Source: Gammaproteobacteria bacterium
Lineage (GTDB): Bacteria > Pseudomonadota > Gammaproteobacteria > SZUA-152
Assembly: GCA_022627515.1 (NCBI GenBank)
Contig: JAKEGK010000125.1
Span: 1-54,789 of the forward strand
Reading direction: 5' to 3'
Length of the DNA stretch: 54,789 bases
How positions within the stretch are numbered: position 1 is the stretch's first letter; each line of letters starts with the position of its first letter. The notes beneath the pieces are model-generated. The model was given only the letters and a program-made list of their open reading frames with translations. It was not told where the DNA came from and searched no databases. Of the stretch, positions 13,901-20,007 are shown one piece after another. The position numbers and the translations under genes were made by a program.

Positions 13901-16900
13901 CTGTGATCGTGGCCGCGCCGACACGCATACCATCAGGGATGATATCCTGCAATGCTACATCGTAGGCAGGCGCTGTGCCGTTGTTGACGATATCCACGGT
14001 ATAGGTAACTATCTCATCGGCATCGATAAAGATATCGCCGCCAGCGGGCGATGCGGATTTGTTCACCGTCAGATTCGGCTGGAGAATAGTGATAACAGTA
14101 TCGGTGTCCGATTGATTGACGGTTCCCGTGGCTGTGTCATAACTCATTGCCACGGTATTGTTGAGCGCAATCGAGTTGGTTTGCGCGAACACGTTATCCA
14201 TCACGCGGGCGCGATAAATGATGACAAAGTCATTGCTCAAGTCGTCAATGGGCAGATTGGTGATGTCGCCGAGGGTCCACGTCACTGTGGTCGAACCGAG
14301 CGCCGGATCGCCCGCCTCTACTATATTTGCTGCTGGGATATCCGCGTAGTCAAATGGCGCAACGGCCGTAAAAGGATCTGGCCCGGTATTGCCGTTAATG
14401 CTGACGATGCTTTCGAAGTTCAGGCCTTGCGGCAGGGTATCGACCAGCTGGAGGTTGCCCAGCGCGCCTTCTGGCACCGATAACGTTAATGTGTATTCAA
14501 CGATGTCGCCGATACGCACGTTGTCATCACCCGCACCAAAGGTATCGCCGCTGCGCACTTTGGTAATAGTGGCGTTGATGTCCGGAATGTTTAACGTCTC
14601 CATGGCCGGCAGCGTAGTGTAATCATTCAGTCCGCCGATACCGTCCGCGCCGTCACGTTCCTCGCCATTCGAACTATCGGTGCTGGTCCATTGCGTCACA
14701 ACACTGTTGTTCAGCGCCTGGTTTGCCAGCACGCTGTCGAGCACGCGCACATCATACTCAATGGTGACAGACGTTCCCTCAACAATATCAATATCAGCTT
14801 CGAGTACGCCCCAGACCAGAGTCTGCGCCGTGGCAATGCCATCACCGGTAATATCCGGCGCGCCGATGGTGTTGTCAGCGCTGACACCGCCACCGACGGT
14901 AACGGTGGGATTGCCTTCGTAGATCAGCCCAAGATCCAGGGTATCGGTGAGCGTCACATCAAACACATCTGAAAAGTTGGCGCCGCCACTGGCCGTCAAT
15001 GTCACCGAATAGCGCACAATCTCGCCGGCTGTTGGCGTGGTGTTATTCGCGCTCTTGGTAATTGTTGTAATTTGCGGTTCGACCACGGTCATGTTGCCGG
15101 TGGTGACGCCAACACCGGCGGTTTGCGTGGCGTTATTGCCGTTGGTTCGATTGTAGGTAAACGACGCCGTGTTATTAAATAACAGGCCAGCCTGGTTCGT
15201 GATGGTATTCTGTAATTGTACAGTTATCTCTATTACCGCCTGTCCATTGGCTGGAATGTCGATGCCGGCGCCGGTATCCTCAATGACGAGGTTGGTGCTT
15301 GTGCCGGAATTGGTGAGACTCCATGTGCCGCCGGATACGACGCTTGCGCTCACAAAGCTCAAGTCCGCATTGGACGCGCTCAAATTATCCAGGATGCGCA
15401 CGTCATACAAGGGAACATCCACTGCAGCAGCAGGCACGGTGATGGTGTAAGTGAATTGCGCACCGATAGTGGCAGTCGCCTGGCCACTGGTCTTCGACAA
15501 AGGCCCGGGTGTTTGTATGACGATGTCGGTGGAATCCGCCGGATCGCCGGGCGCCGCAATGCCGTTGACGTAGGGGTCGTCACTGTCTGCCGTGAGAGGC
15601 GGAGGGCCGTTGGCGTTAAAGGTCGCCTGGTTGGACACAACGGTCCCGTTAGCAAGCCCCGGCAACAGGTCGATCTCGAATTCAACCACCAGTTCCTGGG
15701 GCGGGGCAAGATCCAAAGGCGGAGGATCGCCGATGATCTGCAACAAACCTGTCACGTTATTAAACGTGTATGTGGCGCCCGCCGGCGGCGGCGCCACCAT
15801 GTTAAAGGTCGTGAGGTCAAATTTGGCTGGATCCAGCGTGTCACTGAAGGTGACATCATCGATGATGTAGGTAAAATTGAACAGCCGCAGCCGGTAACGC
15901 AAGGTGTCGCCCGGCGCGGCCGTGGTTGCCGGGTTCTCGCCGGTTATCAGGTTGCGGACGGTTTTCTGAAAGATATAACCTGTCAGCGCTGCTGTGATTG
16001 TATGATTGTCCTCGTGATCGGCAGTACCAGGGGTGCCGTCGCTGAGCGTGCCGGTAAATGTGGCGCGAGGATAAGCACCATCACCGCTGTACCACTGGGT
16101 TGCGCCGGCGACGTTGGTATGCGTTGTGCCATCGGTAACATCACCGTCGAGCTGGTTGTCATAGGTAATAATCAAACGCTCATCGGGTCCAATGACCGCG
16201 TTTGATGTCAACATGGCGAGGCTGAGCTGACAGGCAGGATCACCGGTGTAACCAATGGAATAATCAACACCCGGTGACAGTATTCCGGAAACCGGGGTCA
16301 CTCCATCCGATTCAAAGATCTGCACGCTGACGCTGGCTATTCCGGCCGGTGTTGCAAGGTAGTCGCACATGCCGGCGGGCAACTGATCCAGTATGGTAGT
16401 CTGCCAGGCGTTGCTGCTGCCGGTGTTTTGAACGTCGATGGTAAAGGTTGAATTTATGCCCAGATTCAAGGCGGTGTCGGGACTTGACTTTGTGACCACC
16501 AGATTTGGCCCGCCGATAGTCATCGGATCAGTCACGCCATTCTCACCGGGGAGAGGGTCAAAGAAATTCGGTTCCTCTATGCCGTCGCCATCGAGGTCAA
16601 TATTAATAAGCCTGCCGAATGACCAGCGCGCAGTATTGAAAAACTGCGTGCCCACGACATTTGAATTGTCAGCAACAACGGTGATAGCGATTGCGATCTG
16701 GTCACCCGCTGGAATGATTACACCGGGATTACTACCGGGATCGATCTCGAATGTGAGTAATCCACCAACATTTGAAAAAGTATGTGTTACCGGCGTGCCG
16801 CTGCCCACCCAGGTAACCGTGGGTGTTCCCACTAGAGTGAGGTCCGCACCTGTCGCATTGAGATCATCCGTAATAGTAATGCTGTGTAAATCATTCTCCG

Positions 16901-17534
16901 AACCAAAATTATTGAGGAAAGTGCCCGTTGCCGGGTCATACAACACCGGAACCGTCAGCGTGTAGGTAAAGGGCTCGCCAATACCCACGGTTGTGACGCC
17001 CGGCGGGTTCTGTTTATTGATAGCCTCGACCGGTATAAAAAGATCCTGGCAGTTATTGTTGGAGCCGTAATCCGATCCATTAACGAACCAGATCCGGTGG
17101 TCGATATTGGAGCAGGCCATGTTACCCGTAAAAACCACATTGTCGAATGTGATCAAATAGACGGAAGGATCATTGGTTTGAAAGCTGAGGGTAACAGTCA
17201 GCGGATTGGACGCCGGAAAGTTTATAAATGTACAGTCGGTATCGATGGTAATCTGGGTGCCAAGCGCGGCGAGGTGAACAGGATTGCTGCCGTCTATTGT
17301 GCCAAAGAACGGGTCCGCGGAGCAAAACTCGCCGGCCTGCGCTGACGAGGCCGCGCCCAGCAGGAGCATGACGGCCAGACGCCTAAGTATAGCGCTCCAG
17401 TGGCATCCTGCCCTCGCCGCGGCCCGCGGGTTCAGGGAAAGCAGTAAAAGCAGCAGCCCTGCCTTTAGCGGCAAAAACCAGGTCCTTTCTGTTGCAGGCT
17501 CCTGCATTTTAAATCCTTTTTTCGCCACGAGCAT
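1956..17534 (-). CDS. Giant surface/outer-membrane protein: DUF11/isopeptide repeats, SdrD-B-like domains, OmpA-like domains and a C-terminal beta-barrel
   Basis: Uninterrupted 5192-aa ORF; likely start is ATG 17507 with AAAGGA upstream. It has a signal peptide ending AQA and 18 modules of the form K...(Y/F)xI/V...D(x)L/IP...N. SdrD-B-like segments: NGRVWHDANFD and IIGKVFDDRNLNGYQDEGE. OmpA motifs: GHTDN...LSRERA...NRRVEV and GYTDN...NRRVEV. The C-terminus is rich in amphipathic beta strands and ends FINVIGKF (terminal Phe). Confidence 0.93.
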   Translation of the reverse strand: MLVAKKGFKMQEPATERTWFLPLKAGLLLLLLSLNPRAAARAGCHWSAILRRLAVMLLLGAASSAQAGEFCSADPFFGTIDGSNPVHLAALGTQITIDTDCTFINFPASNPLTVTLSFQTNDPSVYLITFDNVVFTGNMACSNIDHRIWFVNGSDYGSNNNCQDLFIPVEAINKQNPPGVTTVGIGEPFTYTLTVPVLYDPATGTFLNNFGSENDLHSITITDDLNATGADLTLVGTPTVTWVGSGTPVTHTFSNVGGLLTFEIDPGSNPGVIIPAGDQIAIAITVVADNSNVVGTQFFNTARWSFGRLINIDLDGDGIEEPNFFDPLPGENGVTDPMTIGGPNLVVTKSSPDTALNLGINSTFTIDVQNTGSSNAWQTTILDQLPAGMCDYLATPAGIASVSVQIFESDGVTPVSGILSPGVDYSIGYTGDPACQLSLAMLTSNAVIGPDERLIITYDNQLDGDVTDGTTHTNVAGATQWYSGDGAYPRATFTGTLSDGTPGTADHEDNHTITAALTGYIFQKTVRNLITGENPATTAAPGDTLRYRLRLFNFTYIIDDVTFSDTLDPAKFDLTTFNMVAPPPAGATYTFNNVTGLLQIIGDPPPLDLAPPQELVVEFEIDLLPGLANGTVVSNQATFNANGPPPLTADSDDPYVNGIAAPGDPADSTDIVIQTPGPLSKTSGQATATIGAQFTYTITVPAAAVDVPLYDVRILDNLSASNADLSFVSASVVSGGTWSLTNSGTSTNLVIEDTGAGIDIPANGQAVIEITVQLQNTITNQAGLLFNNTASFTYNRTNGNNATQTAGVGVTTGNMTVVEPQITTITKSANNTTPTAGEIVRYSVTLTASGGANFSDVFDVTLTDTLDLGLIYEGNPTVTVGGGVSADNTIGAPDITGDGIATAQTLVWGVLEADIDIVEGTSVTIEYDVRVLDSVLANQALNNSVVTQWTSTDSSNGEERDGADGIGGLNDYTTLPAMETLNIPDINATITKVRSGDTFGAGDDNVRIGDIVEYTLTLSVPEGALGNLQLVDTLPQGLNFESIVSINGNTGPDPFTAVAPFDYADIPAANIVEAGDPALGSTTVTWTLGDITNLPIDDLSNDFVIIYRARVMDNVFAQTNSIALNNTVAMSYDTATGTVNQSDTDTVITILQPNLTVNKSASPAGGDIFIDADEIVTYTVDIVNNGTAPAYDVALQDIIPDGMRVGAATITVVSTTLAGAGVTDVVPVYNPGTGIATWNFDTGVADAYTIDAGETLTIVYQVQADSTIAQGLALINAALVSSYFSFDDEAVPVLGAVSGIREIYGPGNIATTTLYTSAPPTKVLISPAPGSPEATIGEEVIYQITVPGAVSATTLYNLQITDTLDANLEFVSVNVTGGIGVIDTSTATQMNIAIAEMPAGDQAVIELHARVRNTLAAQQGVDIDNTVSYTYTFTPIGATQQVLVSTDIVTINIVEPHISNITKTANNLTPSAGEVVRYSVALTAVGGADSSDVFDVTITDNLDLGLVYEGNPTVTGAGNTIGAPVITGDGITTPQTLVWSLADGNADIDIAEGTPIAFEYDVRLLNNVLAGQVLNNSVVAEWTGIDGLSLYERNGLDGIGGLNDYITAPATETLNSPNINAPITKVRSSDTYGAGDDNARIGDIVEYALTLTVPEGTLANLQLVDTLPQGLDFAGIVSINGDTTAPYSAVAPFTHADFVAAVEAGNPATGPTTVTWSFGNVTNQPVDDTANDFVIVYRARVMDNVFPQINSTPLNNTVTASYDTVSGTTTNSDIDTVITVLQPLLTVNKSAAPAGGDTIINANELVTYTVNMVNSGTAPAYDLVLQDVIPAGMRNGAATITMVSTTLAGGPVANVAPTYDPVTGIAIWSFDSGVADAYTIGAGETLTIVYQAQADADLGAGLTLTNAVTGINYYSFDDEAAPVLGGINGVREIYGPTNTATTSLTSPVVGALAKANPADTIVSVGETFTYRITVPATPIPVTLHDVRILDDLGAPAADLSFVSVTKISGSQPWTPVNTGTVTSLVIEDTSNGIDIPAGEQAVIDITVQVDNTATNVSGLLFNNTANYTYNQLANTPATQQNGSPATTANMTIAGPDNLTLEKSGPATMRVGLPASFTLNVHNAGTGDAYDATITDYIPNPVPGGMCDVAPYNISAQLYLADGVTAAGAPLVENTDFTVNFATGTPICTLILTMLTPAAAIPADHRLIINYDVTLDTDSANNTSLTNIAGVTEWFSGDTAGAGATGEIRTYSRAITDGTAGTLDHEDAYTTVTESPIIQFQKYVINTTTGQDPGADASPGDTLRYRIVATNVSPVDVPVFSILDEVDRLNSPALFVPGSLTIISVPAGADISNTNPNGGANGTGLLEVRNLSMTVAGGGNDSVTIEFDVTLVSVIDSGTLALNQAQLQIYNLTPLPSDDPNVNGADNPSVIGDEDPTQTLIASAPRFQVQKISDDITGSPTELLPGETLRYTITVKNIGNENAVSTLLQDTIPNNTTYIAGTTTLNGVTVADPSAGVSAIESGMLINAPENTTAGFMRADAGAATDNVATITFDVMINADVISGTIISNQGYVNADGAGNSGPIAQQPSDDPATPTPDDPTLDVVGSLPLIIAVKTVALQEDNSTPGIVDPNDVLRYTVTITNYGGVDATGVIFTDAVPNDTAYVPDSVYLNGLPVAQPDNGISPLIAGIPVSSSDLTPPLPVVGYLSPGGTAVITFDVVVNAATPSGTIISNQGYIDSNELPRELTDADGIPSNGRQPTLIAVGNAQQLAITKAVMVVGGGPAVAGGQLEYVVRVTNVSTVPATNVVIYDNLDLPVPGHKTYVAGSATMNGFTTGVTYLAPTITADYGNTYGLLQPNQVVELRFRVLLDANLPIGQAVINTAQVYWNAMTQTASASVSIDIGAMSGVANLNGRVWHDANFDDVFDNSGERTLENWRVEVYFRGNLLHSVSTDVNGQYQINGLAANYYSPDRYELRFVAPGATATAAKLGEASSAFTNALQRIYDIILYPNTNLLDLNLPIDPDGVIYNSIVRIPVAGATVAMLRASTNTLLPGNCFNDQAQQNQVTLADGFYKFDINFNEPECNNSSDYLIRVTPPPSGYVGGESVAIPPLTNAATTPFSAPGCLGSIDDAVPATTNHCEVQTFADLPPLSIAPRTAGTNYHLHLTLDNGQIPGESQLFNNHIPLDPDLGQVVTITKTTPMVNVSRGDLVPYTISVNNTLPVPLTNVSIIDSLPPGFKYVEGSARLNGTSTEPVLNNLRLIWDVASIEVDTTYTLELLLVVGAGVQEGEYVNRAHVYSNLTAANVSGEASATVRVVPDPTFDCSDIIGKVFDDRNLNGYQDEGETGIAGARLATARGLLVTTDEHGRFHVTCAAVPDEDRGGNFILKLDERSLPSGYRVTTENPHVQRLTRGKMARFNFGATVHHVVTLSVADGVFHPDSAQVRPQWTPRLGLLVEELRKQASVLRITYLADVEPAGLVDDRLKALKEAILDKWKDVSVNELVIETEVFWRHGGPVDNGSSIDTLDYASGVLNRSTFGEDTEMQLPYGYTYTPWMDTSVYKNDDVPTIETQQVTEKKYNTKKLNNLVPPILFKSGTADISEDYVNKLREVLNTMRGRVNVRLHFVGHTDNVPLFGELKQQYEDNMGLSRERAGTTAEFFQRALLLPPEAISYEGLGETKPADSNDTEAGRARNRRVEVEVWYDEVSEEQVERQVELDKDIKRIMVCRVETMCKLRYKEGHSRRAKLKNLVPPFHYDEGVSEIPAQFINQLKQALANLSGKDNVQMRFIGYTDNIPLTGRDERIYGDHEGLSKANARRVAIAVQEALGLPNTAIDSTGKGSSQPLASNNSEKGRTLNRRVEVEFWHDDPLEDLPDEPQICPEAAGAETVERIYNPPEGDIPPLYFENGQPVVPEGYVKRLQRAMDDIKNEGNVRLRFIGYTSNKRLDRRTAMVYGDDIGLSTARARRAMELIQQQMSLPDKQVQFEGHGYVQSHDVVNTGFVELDQSKVEVLVVYDELAVLDEMEGVSIKRFTRDVETKNPYALNLMRISVDGQPVDDPNKNIPDVQRCTDVELDRAQVRFKFDNLQVKPRLNVTAWPNVINQVDNAETAFVENRTHFKLYSNYPAFITRAEVRLFGAGKSTRDTPAFIIPINQYGEAEWEAGPDSYTTPRTELNYVLRVYDKQGNFDETAEQKLWVLDWLETDYSARDYQKELLVGYGENRLALNNIPLHGGAVRIYGQDVPQGFKLWFAGRELPVAGNGEFTGEFILPSGLHTVEVAITDDAGNGSVYQRDLSLDKTDWFYVGIADLTASQDETSGPAQLVTGNDDDYRGEFGIDGRLAFYIKGRFANDSVLTASADTREGPVDELFSNFMNKSPEALFRRIDPDYYYPTFGDDSTVEEDAPTSGKFYLKWQKDWNYGLWGNFDIAYLDNNLAHVDRGLYGANINYETTAATAFGEKRFAANLFAAEPGTLAGRDEFRGTGGSLYYLRHQDILTGSERVRIEIRDAVSGLVVGVKNLTHGLDYDIDYIQGRIMLSEPLSASAASDTLVDSRDYGGNHAYLLVRYEYTPGFEELNDVTTGGRMHYWINDLAKLGFTMEDQDSAGNETSLSAYDLTFRKTAGTWLKLEQSNSLGLVSSTLSSTDGGYQFNEFALAPGTDVEAKGQRVDISIRMEDIFDGINGTLTFFNQQLDAGYSAPGLIALTDTTQTGVMLQMPVYESVNVKLKADAMEQENALESEALEMNVDYLMGEHWTFGLGVRNDKRTDNSPTAPLTQQEGERTDVAFRTTFDSREHWLAYGYIQDTAKVDGNRDDNGRVGVGGEYRATDRFKLDGELSSGDLGTAVKLGSGYRMTDATDLYVSYALENERTDNGVKARQGNMATGFKSQYSDSASIYLEERYTHGDVPTGLTHAMGVDLAVTDNLNLGGHIDIGTLKDNNTGAETNRTAAGFKIGYKFESFTYAGALEYRVDETEQPDTTFAERTTWLMKNSIKYQLNPDWRIIGKLNYSQSESSLGDFYNGNFTEAVVGYAFRPVSNDALNALFKYTYFYNMPGTDQITLNNSAAQYIQKSHVVSADVMYDVTREWTLGGKYAHRFGQLSLDRENQQFFASDASLYILRGDWHFAHQWDALLEGRLLDIPAAGDSRSGILLAIYSHFDRHIKMGAGYNFTDFSDDLTDLDYDSHGLFINVIGKF
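11676..15494 (-). repeat. Intragenic tandem duplication of a four-domain block (about 1.9 kb, two copies)
   Basis: Paired motifs recur at 1896-1923 nt spacing: ITKSANNTT/ITKTANNLT (15054/13146), ITKVRSGDTFGAGDDN/ITKVRSSDTYGAGDDN (14559/12660) and VNKSASPAGG/VNKSAAPAGG. Confidence 0.85.
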
Positions 17535-17572
17535 ATCTCAGTCGCTGCCATTTTGATCCGACCTAACAACGC

Positions 17573-18946
17573 TTATGACGCCGGCAGGAAGTCGATCGGA
17601 TAAAGAATAGTTATCTGTGGAACACCTTCTTTCGCGCCGAAGTTGAATTTCTTCACGCGCTCCACGATTTCCTCCAGTAGTTTCTTGTGGTCCATATCGG
17701 TCGATTCCACTTTGACGAACGACACGCTGCCGTTAGGTTCAATGGTGATGCGCAACACCACTTTGCCCTGCAAGGTGGGATTGACACGCAGCTCGCGGTT
17801 GTAAATGCGGTACAGCGCCGCCTTGTATTTATCAAACACAATCTGGATTTCTTCGTCAGTGCGTGACGGACCCGCGCCTTCGCTAAGGGGACGGTCTTCC
17901 GCAACCGCCGTACCAATCGCGCTGTCAACCCGCGAGAAAGCCACGGCGGCAATCTGGTCACCGGTACCGGCAACATTGCGGCTGAGCGAAGAACTCCTGA
18001 TACCACCGCTGCTGCTGGTAGCCTGGGAAGTTATGATCGAACGCTGCGTGCGTTTGGCGGTGGAACCGGCGTTACTCAGATTGGCATTGGCGCCGAGCTT
18101 GTCGAGCGCCGCGTCTTCCAGCAAGTCCGCAAAATTATTCTTGAACGCGAGCACGCCCTTTTCTTTCACCTTCTCGCGGGCGTCCTGCCGTTCTTCCTTG
18201 GTGGGCTCTTTCTTTTCCGTCTTTTTCTGTTCTTCCGGCTTTGGCTGCTCTTTCTTTGGCGGTGGTTTGGGTTTTTCCTTCTTGATCAGCTTGGCCAGGC
18301 GCTCCGGCACCTCAACCGCTTTAGTGCGGTCGGGAATCGGCACTTCATACAGCGGGACCAGCCATCCGAGCAGGATACTGATAAACAGCACCAGTAACAG
18401 TATCTTGCGGAATTGCCTTTCATCCTTATCCCGCTTCGTCCACGGCATGACGGTAACGCGGTAAGGAATGGGCTTGATTTCGCGCTCAACGATATATTCA
18501 TGCTTGGCTTCTTCTTCCTGTTCTTTCAGTAAGTCAATTTCTTCTTCAAGATACGCGATCTCGATATTCCGTTTCCTGATTTCTTCAAGCGTGGCGTCAC
18601 GGCGGTCGGTTACTTTTTTGATGCGCCGTTCAAAGAAAGCGACCTGATCGCGCAAGCGGCTGAGCTGGCCTTCAACCTGGCCGTCATTGACCAGTCCTGA
18701 CCAGAATAAGGCGTTACCGCCGATTTCATTGAGTTTTTCGAGACTCTCACAAACACCGGATAGCACTTCATATTTGCGGTGTTCGTCCGAAATGCCGTCC
18801 AGTTCCGTGTCTATGGACTGTAGTTCTGTTTCAAGGCGTTTTATTTCCGTCTGATAGCCATCTATTCTGGCATAGCATTTATCAAGCCTCTGATACAGGT
18901 TATGTTCATTTTGTGCAACTACAGCGCTCATAAAATTCACATCCAA
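17573..18946 (-). CDS. AgmX/PglI C-terminal (TonB-C-like) domain protein, GltG-like energy transducer
   Basis: N-terminal coiled coil, one TM helix (ILLLVLFISILLGWLV), a Pro/Lys/Glu-rich linker, and the C-terminal domain RTDEEIQIVFDKYKAALYRIYNRELRVNPTLQGKVVLRITIEPNGSVS...YPIDF. Confidence 0.88.
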   Translation of the reverse strand: MDVNFMSAVVAQNEHNLYQRLDKCYARIDGYQTEIKRLETELQSIDTELDGISDEHRKYEVLSGVCESLEKLNEIGGNALFWSGLVNDGQVEGQLSRLRDQVAFFERRIKKVTDRRDATLEEIRKRNIEIAYLEEEIDLLKEQEEEAKHEYIVEREIKPIPYRVTVMPWTKRDKDERQFRKILLLVLFISILLGWLVPLYEVPIPDRTKAVEVPERLAKLIKKEKPKPPPKKEQPKPEEQKKTEKKEPTKEERQDAREKVKEKGVLAFKNNFADLLEDAALDKLGANANLSNAGSTAKRTQRSIITSQATSSSGGIRSSSLSRNVAGTGDQIAAVAFSRVDSAIGTAVAEDRPLSEGAGPSRTDEEIQIVFDKYKAALYRIYNRELRVNPTLQGKVVLRITIEPNGSVSFVKVESTDMDHKKLLEEIVERVKKFNFGAKEGVPQITILYPIDFLPAS

Positions 18947-19009
18947 CTTCTTTTGTTGCCTCTACATCCGCAATTGCCGGTTTACTTACAGCAACTGCAT
19001 ATCCCGTCC

Positions 19010-19507
19010 TTAACCTTGCTTCGCTTTCTGAATAACCGCCAGGGATATTTTTTCATATCCGGCAAACGTGCAACTGCTCATGACTTTTCTCAGCACTTTA
19101 AAAGGCACCGTTTTATGCGAAAGTATTGTCACCTCCCTGCTCTCCGCTATCACCTTAGTGCTGACGCCAATGACATTGTTTTTAATGGATTCCAGTTTGC
19201 TACTGATTGCCACGATAGCATCCTGCTTGGACGCGATAATATCTTCGACTGTTACCACCATCTCACCCTGCACCGTGACCGACTCTTCGGACACGATAAT
19301 GACCGCGGTCTCCTTGGGTTTGGTCTCAACGACCGAATCCGGCAGGGTAATAATTTTGGGAGGCTCCAGCACTTCACTGGCGGAAGAATTTACCAAAAGA
19401 AAAAACACCAGGATTGTAAACACATCCACCAGTGCAGTCAGGTTCATGGCTGGTATCCGTTTTTTGCGGTTTCTGGCCATACGCTTCATGCGCCGCGTGT
19501 TTTTCAT
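19010..19507 (-). CDS. ExbD/TolR-family motor subunit (AglS-like), conserved Asp present
   Basis: TM motif MNLTALVDVFTILVFFLL (Asp28) followed by a periplasmic ExbD domain. ATGA overlap with the upstream gene. Confidence 0.9.
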   Translation of the reverse strand: MKNTRRMKRMARNRKKRIPAMNLTALVDVFTILVFFLLVNSSASEVLEPPKIITLPDSVVETKPKETAVIIVSEESVTVQGEMVVTVEDIIASKQDAIVAISSKLESIKNNVIGVSTKVIAESREVTILSHKTVPFKVLRKVMSSCTFAGYEKISLAVIQKAKQG

Positions 19508-19992
19508 GGCGCTTCTCCCAATGACATATCCGGAAACAACGCCACTTTCTCAATCTCCTCTCTGCCTTCCTGCTTCAGTTCGGCACTGCGCACCGCGTCC
19601 ATAATCCTTACCATGTGGTTATATTCAATATCCGGCTCTATCAGAATTGTGGCGTCGGTCTTGTCGGGATAATTTTCCTTGATCTTTAACAGGTAATCAG
19701 TAAGTTTCGCGATATCGTGTTTACCTTCCAGGTTGGGTATACGCGCCACCACGCCCTGGCCGTTGCCCAGCTCCAGCACATCATTGCGCACGATGACTTC
19801 GATGATGACTTGCGGCTTATCAATAGCACCACCGGCGCCTGACGGTATATTCAGTTCCATGATTGTGATACGCGAAAATACGGCGGTTATCAGCAGGAAC
19901 GGCACCAGCACCACCATCAGATTCAGGAACGTAGTGACGTCCAGCTCTGGTGGTTCCTTGGATTTGGAGTGGTAATGATGTTTTCTGGACAT
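19504..19992 (-). CDS. ExbD/TolR-family motor subunit (AglQ-like), Asn at the conserved Asp position
   Basis: TM motif LDVTTFLNLMVVLVPFLLITAVF. C-terminal ILIEPDIEYNHMVRIMDAVR is typical of ExbD. Confidence 0.88.
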   Translation of the reverse strand: MSRKHHYHSKSKEPPELDVTTFLNLMVVLVPFLLITAVFSRITIMELNIPSGAGGAIDKPQVIIEVIVRNDVLELGNGQGVVARIPNLEGKHDIAKLTDYLLKIKENYPDKTDATILIEPDIEYNHMVRIMDAVRSAELKQEGREEIEKVALFPDMSLGEAP

Positions 19993-20007
19993 TCAGGAGA
20001 TCCCTAC

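Noticed and set aside
2220-17556. Dozens of plus-strand and alternate-frame ORFs (up to 329 aa) inside the giant gene
   Set aside because: These are the expected stop-poor antisense frames of a long coding sequence, with no recognisable domains.
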